64,000 bases of DNA from a virus (taxonomy: Duplodnaviria > Caudoviricetes), in the IMG/VR virus record IMGVR_UViG_3300035109_000103, positions 4,800 through 68,799 of that record; one strand, 5' to 3'. Made by a program: the position numbers and the translations under genes. Position 1 is the first letter of the stretch, and every line of letters starts with the position of its first letter. Shown piece after piece: positions 27,352 to 36,840 of this stretch. The notes below the pieces were generated by a model. That model did not search any database, had not been told where the DNA came from, and saw nothing but the letters and a program-made list of their open reading frames with translations.

Positions 27352-27848
27352 GCGCGCCATCTCTGCGGCGTGATGGAAGTAATCGGCCGACGCGATAGCC
27401 CTCTCGCCGGGCCACGCTCACCGTGATGAGGCGCGCCTTACACTCCCCAGCCGATATCGGAGCCCATCGGGCGAATTCTCGCGCTTCTGGCCTCCTATGG
27501 GAGCGCCGTCGCGCGTCGGTTCTTGGGTTCGGCAGCTCGCTGAACACCGAAAAACAGCGAGGTCCTAGGGGACGGCTTTACGCCCCTGGCTAAACGTGCG
27601 CGCTGCGCGCGCCGCCCGCCCGGTCCTACATCAGAGCCCCGCGCATCGAGCGAGAGGGTTCGGGCCGGGCAGGCGAGGGGGACGAGCGCGCCGGACGATC
27701 GCTTCCGGACCCTACGCGTCCAGCTTCGGAACCGTGACGCCTGCTGGGGCGCTCGAAACTCTCCGCGGGGGCGCTCCGCGCCCGCCGTGGTCGGTCATAT
27801 CCAGCTATGTCAGTCGTCAAACACAGCAGTGACCGTATCTCGGACGCG

Positions 27849-27878
27849 AGAATTGCGGGTTTTGTGCAATCCCGTCAA
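27849..27878 (-). promoter_or_regulatory. Putative late promoter (pR'-like)
   Basis: TTGACG (27878-27873), 18-nt spacer, AATTCT; ATTGC-N9-GCAAT inverted repeat in spacer; downstream of Q-like gene. Confidence 0.4.
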
Positions 27879-28105
27879 TGAGTTTTGGAGCGGCCTGCGT
27901 TCGTGCGGGCGCGCCCTCGAACCGCGGGATGCTAGAGTTCACTGGGGTTTGGCCGCTATCCTTTGGCCTTCGATAATTCCGCTTTTTTCCCGCGGCAGAT
28001 TTCGAAATTATGGCGCTCTAAACGCGGTGACGAACATGACAAGAGCGAATGACTGTGGTGACAGGACGTGAGTCAGAACGGAATTTGCGCCGCGGGAATG
28101 CTCGG

Positions 28106-28402
28106 TTAATCCTTTCCGATCGAAACCATCGCCCGGCTCGGGTCGTAGTCCATGACGCGATCGGGGATGCGATAGGCGGCGGCAAACGCGCCGGAGCGCC
28201 AGAATGTCACCGTGCGCAGCTCGGGCGACCAACGCGCTTCGAATGCGCCGGCGTCGAGCGGAAGCGCCCCGCGCTTTTGGAGGATGGCTGCAGCATATTG
28301 GCAGGCCCGAAGCGCCATGAGGTCGCCGCCGGCGACGCGGGGATCCCCGCGCATTCGTTCGTCGAGGCGGGCCTCTCGGACGATGGCGGCGCGAGCGTTC
28401 AC
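28106..28402 (-). CDS. Hypothetical protein
   Basis: GTGA-coupled to upstream gene; 98 aa. Confidence 0.55.
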   Translation of the reverse strand: MNARAAIVREARLDERMRGDPRVAGGDLMALRACQYAAAILQKRGALPLDAGAFEARWSPELRTVTFWRSGAFAAAYRIPDRVMDYDPSRAMVSIGKD

Positions 28403-29049
28403 GGTCGCACCCCGTCCCTGATCACGCACTCGAGAATGATGCGCATCGCGGCGTCGACCCGGTAATTCGCCATCCGGCGCGAGCAGCTGAGCGTCAGACA
28501 TTCGCGGCTGAAAGAGAGATTGCGCGCCTCGCAGAGGTTCCAGAGCGCTAACGCCTTGCGCGGCAGCTCATGCTCGGACGCGCCGAGATAGCGCATTGGC
28601 CAATAGATCGCCTCTTCGATGCGGGAGATTTCTCGGTCCGACCCGGCGCCCATGTGCGAGAGCGGAGCCGCTCCGCTCCCGCGCGGCCGCGTCTTGTTCG
28701 CAGCCTGAAGCGCCGTCACCTGATCCGAGAATTCGACCTCTGTCGCAAAGAGCGCTGGATCAGGCCAGAAGCTCTTCATCGCCGCCGGCCCGACGCGGCG
28801 GACCAGGCGCTCGCATCCCCTGGCGGCCTCCCGGAGCCTGATCCTGACATGCTCGACTGTCCATTGGAGCTCCGCGGTGCGAATGACCGAAGAGGCGAGC
28901 AGGCGCGCCGATCGCGCATCAGAAAAGCGCCCGTTCACGTCTTCGTCAAAATGACGGGCGCTCTCGGATTCTGACATTTTCACCGTGTCAGATGACAGCG
29001 GCGCCAACGCGTCAAAACCGCGCAACGCTGATTTCCCTTTTCTAGCCAT
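28399..29049 (-). CDS. Putative late-gene regulator / Q-like antiterminator (DUF6362-like)
   Basis: WTVEHVRIRLREAAR...EEAIYWPMRYL...C-terminal HTH; last gene before late promoter region. Confidence 0.55.
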   Translation of the reverse strand: MARKGKSALRGFDALAPLSSDTVKMSESESARHFDEDVNGRFSDARSARLLASSVIRTAELQWTVEHVRIRLREAARGCERLVRRVGPAAMKSFWPDPALFATEVEFSDQVTALQAANKTRPRGSGAAPLSHMGAGSDREISRIEEAIYWPMRYLGASEHELPRKALALWNLCEARNLSFSRECLTLSCSRRMANYRVDAAMRIILECVIRDGVRP

Positions 29050-29104
29050 TGCTTAGCCTGCCCGCATCAAATCTGCGAAAATGACAGCCGATAAAATCGG
29101 GCTG

Positions 29105-30427
29105 TCAGAACATGGGCTCATCGGTCGCTACGGGCGGCGGTGGGTCTTCCCGTCGCTCGCCTCGCGTATTGCCGGCGCTGTCCGATCGGCGCGCGAAGCC
29201 GCGCACCTTTTTTCCAGTGAGCCATACAAAGGGATTCTCCCGCATGATGATATTGAGCTGCATCAGCCGTTCCCCGTGCCGCTTCATCGCTTGGCTCAGC
29301 GCGTTAGCGCGCTTCTTCGGGTCGTCTTCGTCGGCGCCGTCGAATGCCATTCCGGCGAAGACCTCGCCGAGCTGCTTCCACCGGACGACGTGTGTCCCCG
29401 CGGGCAAGTCGAGCGCGGCCGGCGCTTCCTCGCCGTGCTCTGAGAGCGCCTTGTAGATCGCCCGGAGGAAGACCTCACACTGTGGCGTCAGCCTCTGGCC
29501 GGCATCGGTGGGCTTTGAAGTTTCGCCTGGCTCCCCTTCGATATTTGGCAAGCGGACGACGCAGCTCGTGAGCGCTTCGCCTTCGGCGTCCTTGCCGATC
29601 TCGACCGCGGGCAGCACGAAGCGCCATTTCCGACCGCTCTCGCCGTCTTTCTGCTTTGCCAGCTCGATCTCACGAATCGCGCGACGGTCGACGTCCATCT
29701 CTTCGAGCTTCTCGACCTTCAGGACCGAGTCGAGGTTGGCGAGGATCGAGGTATGGCCGCGGGGCTTCTGGCCGCCCGAGTTCATATGATGGACGAGCAT
29801 GACGGCGCAGGCGCATTCCTGGGCGATGCGCTCGCAGCGCGCGAGCACGGGCCCGACGTCCTTGCTCGAGTTTTCGTCGGCGCCCGGGGTCGCCGTTGAG
29901 AGGGTATCGATGACGACGAGCTCCAGTGGGCAATCGAATGTCGCGCCCCAATGCTTGGTCTCAGCGATCAGAGCGTTCGTCGCATCGTCGCCGGCATAGA
30001 GGTCGACCTGTGCCGGAAGAAGAACGAAAGGGAGCTCGGCGTTGGTTTCGAGATCATGTTCGAGACGGTAGGCCCTGAGACGCTTTTTGATCCCGCGGCC
30101 GCCCTCTCCAGCCTGATAGACGACACCGCCGCGACGCACCTTCGCGCCAAACCAGGAAACGCCTCGAACGATCGACATCGCGAGATCGATCGCGAGAAAG
30201 CTCTTCCCGGACTGCGAGGCGCCGACCATCATGGTCCGCTCGCCGCGCGTGATGACGCCCTTGACGAGCCATTCGTGTTCCGGGCCCGGCAGGTCGAGCT
30301 CCGTCCAGCGAACCGCCTTGAACTTCGAGACGTACGGCGGCGGCGCGAGATAAGGCGCGCTCTCGCGGATGAAATCCTCGAGCGAAAGAGGCTGCGGCAG
30401 GACGTCAAATGGTGGCGCGATCGTCAT
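29105..30427 (-). CDS. Replicative AAA helicase (AAA_25 / RepA-like)
   Basis: Walker A GASQSGKS, YQAGEG, VVIDTL, LVHH...RGHTS. Confidence 0.9.
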   Translation of the reverse strand: MTIAPPFDVLPQPLSLEDFIRESAPYLAPPPYVSKFKAVRWTELDLPGPEHEWLVKGVITRGERTMMVGASQSGKSFLAIDLAMSIVRGVSWFGAKVRRGGVVYQAGEGGRGIKKRLRAYRLEHDLETNAELPFVLLPAQVDLYAGDDATNALIAETKHWGATFDCPLELVVIDTLSTATPGADENSSKDVGPVLARCERIAQECACAVMLVHHMNSGGQKPRGHTSILANLDSVLKVEKLEEMDVDRRAIREIELAKQKDGESGRKWRFVLPAVEIGKDAEGEALTSCVVRLPNIEGEPGETSKPTDAGQRLTPQCEVFLRAIYKALSEHGEEAPAALDLPAGTHVVRWKQLGEVFAGMAFDGADEDDPKKRANALSQAMKRHGERLMQLNIIMRENPFVWLTGKKVRGFARRSDSAGNTRGERREDPPPPVATDEPMF

Positions 30428-30639
30428 TCTGCCGCCGCCTCGTCTCGCTCGGCGAGCATCTGCAGTCGCACTTGGACAGAGCTTTTGGGGCGTCCGAGCT
30501 TTTTTGCGATCACGCCGAGGCCACCTGGTCTTTGCGCGAGCGGGCCGCGGCGGACCCCGCAATGCTCCAGACGCAGCGCGATAAGCTGAGCGTTTTCTTC
30601 AGGCGTGAAGCGACGGTTCTTCTGGCCTTTCTTGCTCAT
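30424..30639 (-). CDS. Small HTH / Myb-like protein
   Basis: RFTPEENAQL...IAKKLGRPKSSVQVRL. Confidence 0.65.
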   Translation of the reverse strand: MSKKGQKNRRFTPEENAQLIALRLEHCGVRRGPLAQRPGGLGVIAKKLGRPKSSVQVRLQMLAERDEAAAE

Positions 30640-30803
30640 TCTGCCACTGCCTTCGATCGCCGCGCTGCCTTCGCGCGCGCTCTGGCGCGCTTGATCATTC
30701 CAGATGGACGCCGGATCACGACGGCAGAGCGCTCGACAGACCTGCGCGTGCTCTTATTCCAGAGGTCGAATTTGATCGTTTCGGGAGGCCTGAACCACAT
30801 CAT
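30636..30803 (-). CDS. Small basic hypothetical protein (55 aa)
   Basis: Fills gap with ATGA coupling at both ends; translated manually. Confidence 0.5.
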   Translation of the reverse strand: MMWFRPPETIKFDLWNKSTRRSVERSAVVIRRPSGMIKRARARAKAARRSKAVAE

Positions 30804-31489
30804 GCGGCGCGGCTCCGGAGAAGCGCAGCGCGCGCGGCGAGCCCCACGTATTCGGCGTAGGCTGGCGGAATTGATTCAGACAGCTCGGTCAGGCTCATCC
30901 AATCGATCCCCATGGCGCTATAGCCCTCGGCGATGCTGAAATCCGCGACGCCGCGCGCGTGCGAGCCTTCACGACGCTTTCGATTTCGGACATGGCCGCC
31001 GTAGAGGCCGATCGTCGCGGGCTGGAGTCCATGACGGCATTCGAGCCGAGGAACCGTGAAGTTCGCCTCGAGGCCGCGATGCCGCCGCAGCTCGGCGCCT
31101 GGCACGCCGAGCCCGAACATCGTCCCGCAGAGCGTCACAGGATCTTCGAGTGGAGCTCCTGGGACGTTCTCGATCACATAGAGCGCGCCGCTGGCGCGCA
31201 GCATCGCACGCGTCGCCGGAATGAGGTCTTCATGCGGCTTCGCATTGTGCATGCTCTTCATCGCTGTATGCGCTTGGCACGGCGGCGACGCCCATATAAG
31301 AGCGAATTTGCGCAGATGGTCAGGGTCGATCGTGAGGGCGTCGCGTTGGACAAACCAAATTCCGCGGCAAATGGGATAGTTCGGCTGCGGATTGATATCG
31401 ACCCCCTCGACGTCGAACCCGGCGCGGTAGAGCCCCGCTGCCGCGCCGCCGGCCCCACAATAGAGATCGAGCGCAAGTGGGCGCGTCAT
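30800..31489 (-). CDS. Compact C5-cytosine DNA methyltransferase-like protein
   Basis: Motif I DLYCGAGG, catalytic ASPPCQ, ENV, RRHR, SIPPAY. Confidence 0.85.
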   Translation of the reverse strand: MTRPLALDLYCGAGGAAAGLYRAGFDVEGVDINPQPNYPICRGIWFVQRDALTIDPDHLRKFALIWASPPCQAHTAMKSMHNAKPHEDLIPATRAMLRASGALYVIENVPGAPLEDPVTLCGTMFGLGVPGAELRRHRGLEANFTVPRLECRHGLQPATIGLYGGHVRNRKRREGSHARGVADFSIAEGYSAMGIDWMSLTELSESIPPAYAEYVGLAARAALLRSRAA

Positions 31490-31743
31490 GGCGCTTCCCC
31501 GAATTTCAACTGAAACCCGCGTGGTTCTTCGATGATCGCACCGGCGTCCTGCAGGCGCTCGAGCGCGGCGAGCACGTCAGCGCGCGACAGCTCCGTGACA
31601 ACAACCAATCGACCGATCAATGTGCGTGAGCGCGGGACGAGTCCAAAGGCATCCGCCTCATTCGCCAGCGCGAGCAAGACGATCTTGGACATCGGGCCCC
31701 CGACCGAGCGTGAATAGGCCCAGGAAAGCACATGCAGGCTCAA
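31486..31743 (-). CDS. Truncated replication-initiator-like winged-HTH protein
   Basis: MSLHVLSWAY...KIVLLALANEAD..G...LSRADV..AL.RL...G resembles the N-terminus of phage replication initiators; only 85 aa. Confidence 0.6.
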   Translation of the reverse strand: MSLHVLSWAYSRSVGGPMSKIVLLALANEADAFGLVPRSRTLIGRLVVVTELSRADVLAALERLQDAGAIIEEPRGFQLKFGEAP

Positions 31744-33296
31744 GACATCCTCCTCCGCATCGTCACGACGACGGTGTTGACATTCGTCCCGCTCTCTCGA
31801 AACGAGCCGGGCGGAAGATCGCGGAACGAACCGCCGTTGCGCTCGACAAGCGCGCGGAACGCGACAGCCTTCCTGGTCTCACGGAACTCAGTTCCTGCCG
31901 AAATGATCGCGAAGAGTTGGCCTCCCGGTTTCAGGAAGCCAAGCGCGTGGGTGACGTGGTCGAGGTCCCTTTCTCTATCGAATGGGGGATTCATCACGAC
32001 GAGATCGTAGGGCTCGAACGCGTTCGGCCGCAGCGAGAGGAAGTCGGCGCGGATGACGCGATTGTAGATCCCCTCGGCCTCGAGGCCTGCGGCGAGCTCC
32101 GGCTGGATTTCGACGCAGTCGACAAGATTGTCGAAGCGGTATTCGTCGACGTAGTTCCGCCCGCGATTTGACCATTCGGCCATCACTGCAGCCGAGTGGA
32201 CGCACCGGCGCGCGAGGTTGCCGGTCCCGGCCGATGGCTCCAGGATGCGGAGTCGAGACTCTTCTCTGCGTCGCAGAATCGGAATGCCGGAGACGCATCC
32301 GCGACCGCGGAAAAACTCGTCCACCGCCTCTGGTGGCGTCGGGAAAAAACCGAAGTGCCGCGCCGGCGTCAGCTTGCGGTTCTGTAGCGGGTCCTCTTCC
32401 TTGGTCGCGCCGTCCGCAATGACCTCGCCATAATATTCGGCGAGCAGCTTATTGACCTTCTCGACGAGGTCATGGCGAGAAAGCCACAAATGCGCGTTGC
32501 CGTTTTTGAACGCGCGGATTTTAAAGTAGGGCGTCTCGTGCTCGCTCTGCGATGCTTCGCGCACGCGGCGCCCGACAAGCGCATCGATCGCCGATTGAAA
32601 CGAGCCTTCAGGATGGCCGTCAAGCACGGCGAACACGCGCTCGACGTCGATAAGCTTGTCCCGGATCGAACCGGAATTGAGATGGCCCCACGAGTCGAAC
32701 GCGTAAGTCAGAATGATGCGGCCGCCGACCTTGAAGCCGTCGTGCGACTTGAACCTGCGATCCAGCGCAGAAAAGACGTTGGCGATTCCGCGGCAGAAAA
32801 TCATTCCCGCATCGCCTCGGAATTTCTCAAGCGTCGCGTAAACATTCTCGACCGTGATAGGTGGAAGGCCTTTGTCCATTTCGGCTTGATTGATGATCTG
32901 GCCATGAAAGCCGACCTTATCGGGGACGTAAGCCATTTGCTGGCGAAGCTCTTCCTTCGCCTTCGCGTCCATAAGGCGCTCGAGTTCCGTCATCTTGATG
33001 AGGTTCGCCCATGTCCCGTTCGCGAGCAGCTTGCGCGCCGTGCGCAGATATCGACCGCGTTCCGGGAGAGCGAGGGCGGCATAGAAGTCCTTGGCCTCTT
33101 CGACCTGCGACGACCCGCCGAATATGCGCAATTGGCCGGCGGTCGCCTCTCGTTCCCTGAGGTTCGCGGCCTTCAATGCTTCCTGTGCGATTTCCATCGC
33201 ATCGAAGGCGCGCTCATAGAGCGCCAGCGCTTCGTCATGCGCCCGCACGATATCCTCGATCGTCTGGCGAGGGACCGGGAGGGCTGTCGCGCTCAT
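31740..33296 (-). CDS. DUF4942-like domain + N6-adenine methyltransferase
   Basis: FKNGNAH motif; GFFPTP, LEPSAGTG, VMNPPF, GTNVNT. Confidence 0.85.
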   Translation of the reverse strand: MSATALPVPRQTIEDIVRAHDEALALYERAFDAMEIAQEALKAANLREREATAGQLRIFGGSSQVEEAKDFYAALALPERGRYLRTARKLLANGTWANLIKMTELERLMDAKAKEELRQQMAYVPDKVGFHGQIINQAEMDKGLPPITVENVYATLEKFRGDAGMIFCRGIANVFSALDRRFKSHDGFKVGGRIILTYAFDSWGHLNSGSIRDKLIDVERVFAVLDGHPEGSFQSAIDALVGRRVREASQSEHETPYFKIRAFKNGNAHLWLSRHDLVEKVNKLLAEYYGEVIADGATKEEDPLQNRKLTPARHFGFFPTPPEAVDEFFRGRGCVSGIPILRRREESRLRILEPSAGTGNLARRCVHSAAVMAEWSNRGRNYVDEYRFDNLVDCVEIQPELAAGLEAEGIYNRVIRADFLSLRPNAFEPYDLVVMNPPFDRERDLDHVTHALGFLKPGGQLFAIISAGTEFRETRKAVAFRALVERNGGSFRDLPPGSFRESGTNVNTVVVTMRRRMS

Positions 33297-33490
33297 CGCG
33301 CCTTCCTCCATTCCGAGGCGCCCACCTTCCGCCACCCCTTCGTCGGATGAAGCGAATAAGCGACGTGCCTCACTTCGATCCATTCGACGCGGCCACGCCA
33401 ATCGAGGAACTTGCGGAGCCCGCGGACGACGCGCGTTGCGACGCTCTTCCTGCCTTTGATCGGGGAAATGCCGGGAGGATGCGTGATCAT
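33293..33490 (-). CDS. Small hypothetical protein
   Basis: 65 aa, ATGA-coupled on both sides. Confidence 0.55.
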   Translation of the reverse strand: MITHPPGISPIKGRKSVATRVVRGLRKFLDWRGRVEWIEVRHVAYSLHPTKGWRKVGASEWRKAR

Positions 33491-34767
33491 GCCGCGACCT
33501 TCTCCCGTTCCAACAGAAGATCATTCCAATCAATCGAGCGCCCGTCTCCCCAGGCATGCGGCGCCTTCGGAACCGAAACGACGACGTCAACGCCGCCGCG
33601 CCTATAGCGCTCGGCTCCGGTGCGGAGAGTCGCCGCCATCTTCGCTGCATCCGCGTCTGCGTCTCCGATTAGGACGAGGCGGCGCACCTCCGGCGGGAGC
33701 CAGATCGCCGCGGACCCCATATCCGGCTCCCCGTTCATGATCGTAGCGTTCGGCCGGCCGCGCGGAGGATTCGGATGTGGGCGCGTCCCCGTCGCGCTCC
33801 CGCACAGGTTCCCGAGGCTATAGGCCGCTGTGAGCGAAGCGCCTGCGAATTCGTCACCGAGCAAGCCTTCATCGGCTTTCGCTTTCCAAGACATCGCATT
33901 TTCGATCCCCTCGGCGCAGGCCATCGTTTCGTGGAAGGGGAGGGGGCCGAGCAGGATCAGCCCGCCACCAGCGTGAAAGACGGCTTTCTTCGCCGAGTTC
34001 CGTTTCCGATCGCCTGGCGGCCTCAGCTTGATCGGCTCTCCGCTGGGGCGGTAGGCGTCGCATCCCCGCCCGGCGTCCAAATAGATGCGGTGGACACCTT
34101 GGATGCGGCCCGTGCGATCGCGCAGCGCTGCGATGACGCAGTGATAGGAGCCGAGGTCGACTTCCTCTTCAGCATCCCGATCGGAGAATCCGCGATAGGG
34201 CAGGTTCGGGATAAAGCGCAAATCACTCGCCGCCAGAATGATCCGCCGCGGGATTCCGCGGGCGTCGAAATAATCCTCGCCGAGGGTTCCCTCGAGCGGG
34301 CGGACATCGAACTGCTGGCCGAATAGTTCCCCGCGCTCGAACAGCGCGGTCGCGTTCTCGATCGCACGAAGCAGAGACGCCGCCTCTTTCCGTTCCTCGA
34401 CAATTGCCGCATCTCTCCGCTCGTCCCGGCGCTCTTTGTCGATCAAAGGATCTGGCTCACGGTGGGGCTCGGATTGCCCCGGCGCATCTTCGTCGAGGAC
34501 GTATTCGCAGACGCGAATGAAGTCGGCTTTCGGATCGAACCCCTTGATATGCGCCGCCATGGCGATGACGTCGCCGCCGCCGAAGCCCCTGCAATTGAAA
34601 ACCCGTTCTTTGATGTTGACGCTGAATCGGTCTGTTCCGCCGCATGACGGGCACGGCCCGGCCCATTCTGCGGCGCCGGCCTTCTTCAATTGCGCGCCAA
34701 GTCGCTGCGCGACCGGGAGAGGATCGGCGCTCTTCGCGCGCTCGACAAAATCGTCGCGGTCGGTCAT
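33487..34767 (-). CDS. DNA primase (CHC2 Zn finger + Toprim-like)
   Basis: GPCPSCGGTDRF...FNCRG.GGGDVI; GVHRIYL; AEGIENA; LIGDAD. Confidence 0.88.
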   Translation of the reverse strand: MTDRDDFVERAKSADPLPVAQRLGAQLKKAGAAEWAGPCPSCGGTDRFSVNIKERVFNCRGFGGGDVIAMAAHIKGFDPKADFIRVCEYVLDEDAPGQSEPHREPDPLIDKERRDERRDAAIVEERKEAASLLRAIENATALFERGELFGQQFDVRPLEGTLGEDYFDARGIPRRIILAASDLRFIPNLPYRGFSDRDAEEEVDLGSYHCVIAALRDRTGRIQGVHRIYLDAGRGCDAYRPSGEPIKLRPPGDRKRNSAKKAVFHAGGGLILLGPLPFHETMACAEGIENAMSWKAKADEGLLGDEFAGASLTAAYSLGNLCGSATGTRPHPNPPRGRPNATIMNGEPDMGSAAIWLPPEVRRLVLIGDADADAAKMAATLRTGAERYRRGGVDVVVSVPKAPHAWGDGRSIDWNDLLLEREKVAA

Positions 34768-35636
34768 AGGCGCACCTCCGGGAATTCTCTGACGAGCAAA
34801 TCCTCTGGGAGAGGTCTCTTCCCGACGTTCTGCTTGCCGAAGAAGGCGACGCCAGCCTCCCGACATTGCGCGAGCAAGCTACGGGCGTTCGCTTCGTAAC
34901 CATTATCCCGCGCGCCGGGGCCACTCTCTCCGCCGGCAATGACGAGGTCGAGTCCAGGTCCGCCCCCTTTGCGCCAAGCTGGCCGCAGAGCCGGCAATAA
35001 TTCATGACCTTCCCCGCCATATTCTGGAATATTGCATGGCGACCAAAATTTGATTGTCGTCAAATCGATCGGCCCGAGCAGCGGCTCCGCTGAGAAGCCG
35101 ACAATCGGAATCTCGAACTTCATTTTCAGTTGCAATAGCCTGTGTGCTTCCCGTTCCGCGCTCGCTTGATCGTGAACGCTCGTCAGAAGCCATGCGTGCT
35201 TCGGCCAGCCTTCGAACCCGGCTTCCGAAAGGCGCTTCTCGATCATCGAAAGGCGCTTTGTCACGATGATGATATCGACGCGGTTACAGGTGACGATAGT
35301 GCGCCATGCCTCTACAAACCATTCGAGTGGTGCCTCTTTGTCGAAGAGGTCTCCCATCGACATGCAGAACACGCGACGGCGAATGCCGCTCAACGGCGGA
35401 AGCAGACCGCATTCATGGTCTGCCGCCCATTCGGCATAATCATTGTCGAGACGATGCAACAGCGCGCGAGCGCCTTTGATCTTTCTGCGCGGCGCCCCGA
35501 CGCCCCAAAGTTCCCCGCCGAACCGCTTCGCCCATGTCTCGGCGTAGCAATGGTCGCACGCGGCGCTGACCTTCGTGCAACCCCACCAGAAATTCACGGT
35601 CGCATCACACCATTCAATTTTGCTGTTCTCGCTCAT
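34764..35636 (-). CDS. Phage Gp37/Gp68 (DUF5131) family, radical-SAM-like
   Basis: SKIEWCD..N.W.GCTKVSAACDHCYAE; FCMSMGDLF; SAEPLLGP; IAGGESG. Confidence 0.9.
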   Translation of the reverse strand: MSENSKIEWCDATVNFWWGCTKVSAACDHCYAETWAKRFGGELWGVGAPRRKIKGARALLHRLDNDYAEWAADHECGLLPPLSGIRRRVFCMSMGDLFDKEAPLEWFVEAWRTIVTCNRVDIIIVTKRLSMIEKRLSEAGFEGWPKHAWLLTSVHDQASAEREAHRLLQLKMKFEIPIVGFSAEPLLGPIDLTTIKFWSPCNIPEYGGEGHELLPALRPAWRKGGGPGLDLVIAGGESGPGARDNGYEANARSLLAQCREAGVAFFGKQNVGKRPLPEDLLVREFPEVRL

Positions 35637-35848
35637 CTCCCCGCGGCCTCCCACCCGTTATAGGAGCGGCGCGAGAGCGGGACGATCTCGAGCTGCTGTT
35701 CCGACCGTACGGCGCGCCAGTCGCGCAATAGCTTCCCGGCTTCCGACCAGGACGCGCGCTCAGCTCGGTCGTTTCGATTATCGAATACGACCGTCGAGAG
35801 CAGGGACCGACCGCCCGCGATAATTCCGAGATGCGTAATGTTGCTCAT
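35633..35848 (-). CDS. Small hypothetical protein
   Basis: ATGA-coupled; 71 aa. Confidence 0.5.
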   Translation of the reverse strand: MSNITHLGIIAGGRSLLSTVVFDNRNDRAERASWSEAGKLLRDWRAVRSEQQLEIVPLSRRSYNGWEAAGR

Positions 35849-36192
35849 GGCTCGGCGTTCTCCTTCACGATCTCGCTCAAAATCACGCTTTCTCTGGCGG
35901 CTCGCTCCAGCAAACGCGCGGCGACAAAATGAGGATCGGCGCCGAATGGTTCTGCGATGCGCTCGATCTCCGTCATGGCCTCCCGAGACACCACCGCGAC
36001 AAAAGCCGTTTGCGTGCTCATCTTCGGGGCCAATCGCAATCCATGACGGAATAGCAAGCCGCGGACTCCGTTTGCCGTGAGATTGTGTCTGAGGGATTCG
36101 GCGATTTCCGGCGCCGAGGCGCCTGATCCGGCGAGATAGGCTGCGCGGATGATGTCGCTGAATGAATAGCGGTGGCGTCTTGGACGCTTCAA
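35845..36192 (-). CDS. HTH-containing hypothetical protein
   Basis: GASAPEIAESL...TANGVRGLL. Confidence 0.6.
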   Translation of the reverse strand: MKRPRRHRYSFSDIIRAAYLAGSGASAPEIAESLRHNLTANGVRGLLFRHGLRLAPKMSTQTAFVAVVSREAMTEIERIAEPFGADPHFVAARLLERAARESVILSEIVKENAEP

Positions 36193-36410
36193 TGGCGGCC
36201 TCCATCGAGCTTCTTCATGGCGTCACGAAACGCAGGAATGATTTTGTCTTTGCCGATGTCCATTAGGATCACCAGTCGATCGATTACATCGATCCGATTG
36301 CTGCGATCCTGACCGAGGCGATAGACGCAATTCTGCGCGTCATCCGCGACGCGCATCAGCTCGTCGATGAAATCGTCGTAGGCATAGAGCTTCGGCTTGC
36401 TATCGCTCAT
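36189..36410 (-). CDS. Small hypothetical protein
   Basis: Coupled ORF, 73 aa. Confidence 0.55.
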   Translation of the reverse strand: MSDSKPKLYAYDDFIDELMRVADDAQNCVYRLGQDRSNRIDVIDRLVILMDIGKDKIIPAFRDAMKKLDGGRH

Positions 36411-36840
36411 CGGAAGCCTCGCTGCGCTCCATCAATTCGCGCAGACGCGCCGCGCTTTCTGCGGGGAGGCGATAGCCCTCGAAGCGGCGAGACTCGATCA
36501 CGACACCGAGCCGTCGCAAGGCTTTCCGCAGATGGTAGATTTGTGGCTCCATGACGCTTCCGGACACAGCGTCGGGCTCGTCCCAACACGCCGTTAGAAG
36601 CCGGCTCTTCGTCACGAAGTTTGGAGATCGACGAAGCAGAAACGCGAGAACCCGCCGCTGCTTGGCCTGCAAAGGAAGGCTCGGGAGAACTGTGGCTTCC
36701 TCGTCGTTGCCGCCACGCGCTCCCGACAGCTCGCATTCGAGCTTATCGACCTTCGCGCGCAGGCTCTCATTTTCGGCGAGGAGCGATTTCACGCGCCAGT
36801 TCAGGACGAGCGGATCGTTGGCGGCGCCTTGCGCGGTCAT
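36400..36840 (-). CDS. OmpR-type winged-helix protein lacking receiver domain
   Basis: VLAFLL...VTKSRL...W......IYHLRKAL...IES.RFEGYRL. Confidence 0.75.
   Translation of the reverse strand: MTAQGAANDPLVLNWRVKSLLAENESLRAKVDKLECELSGARGGNDEEATVLPSLPLQAKQRRVLAFLLRRSPNFVTKSRLLTACWDEPDAVSGSVMEPQIYHLRKALRRLGVVIESRRFEGYRLPAESAARLRELMERSEASDER

Noticed and set aside
27355-27800. tRNA/tmRNA-like or riboswitch RNA in the late leader
   Set aside because: Several short hairpins (e.g. CTCGCTG..CAGCGAG) but no cloverleaf, T-arm consensus or strand-biased pairing; needs a covariance search.
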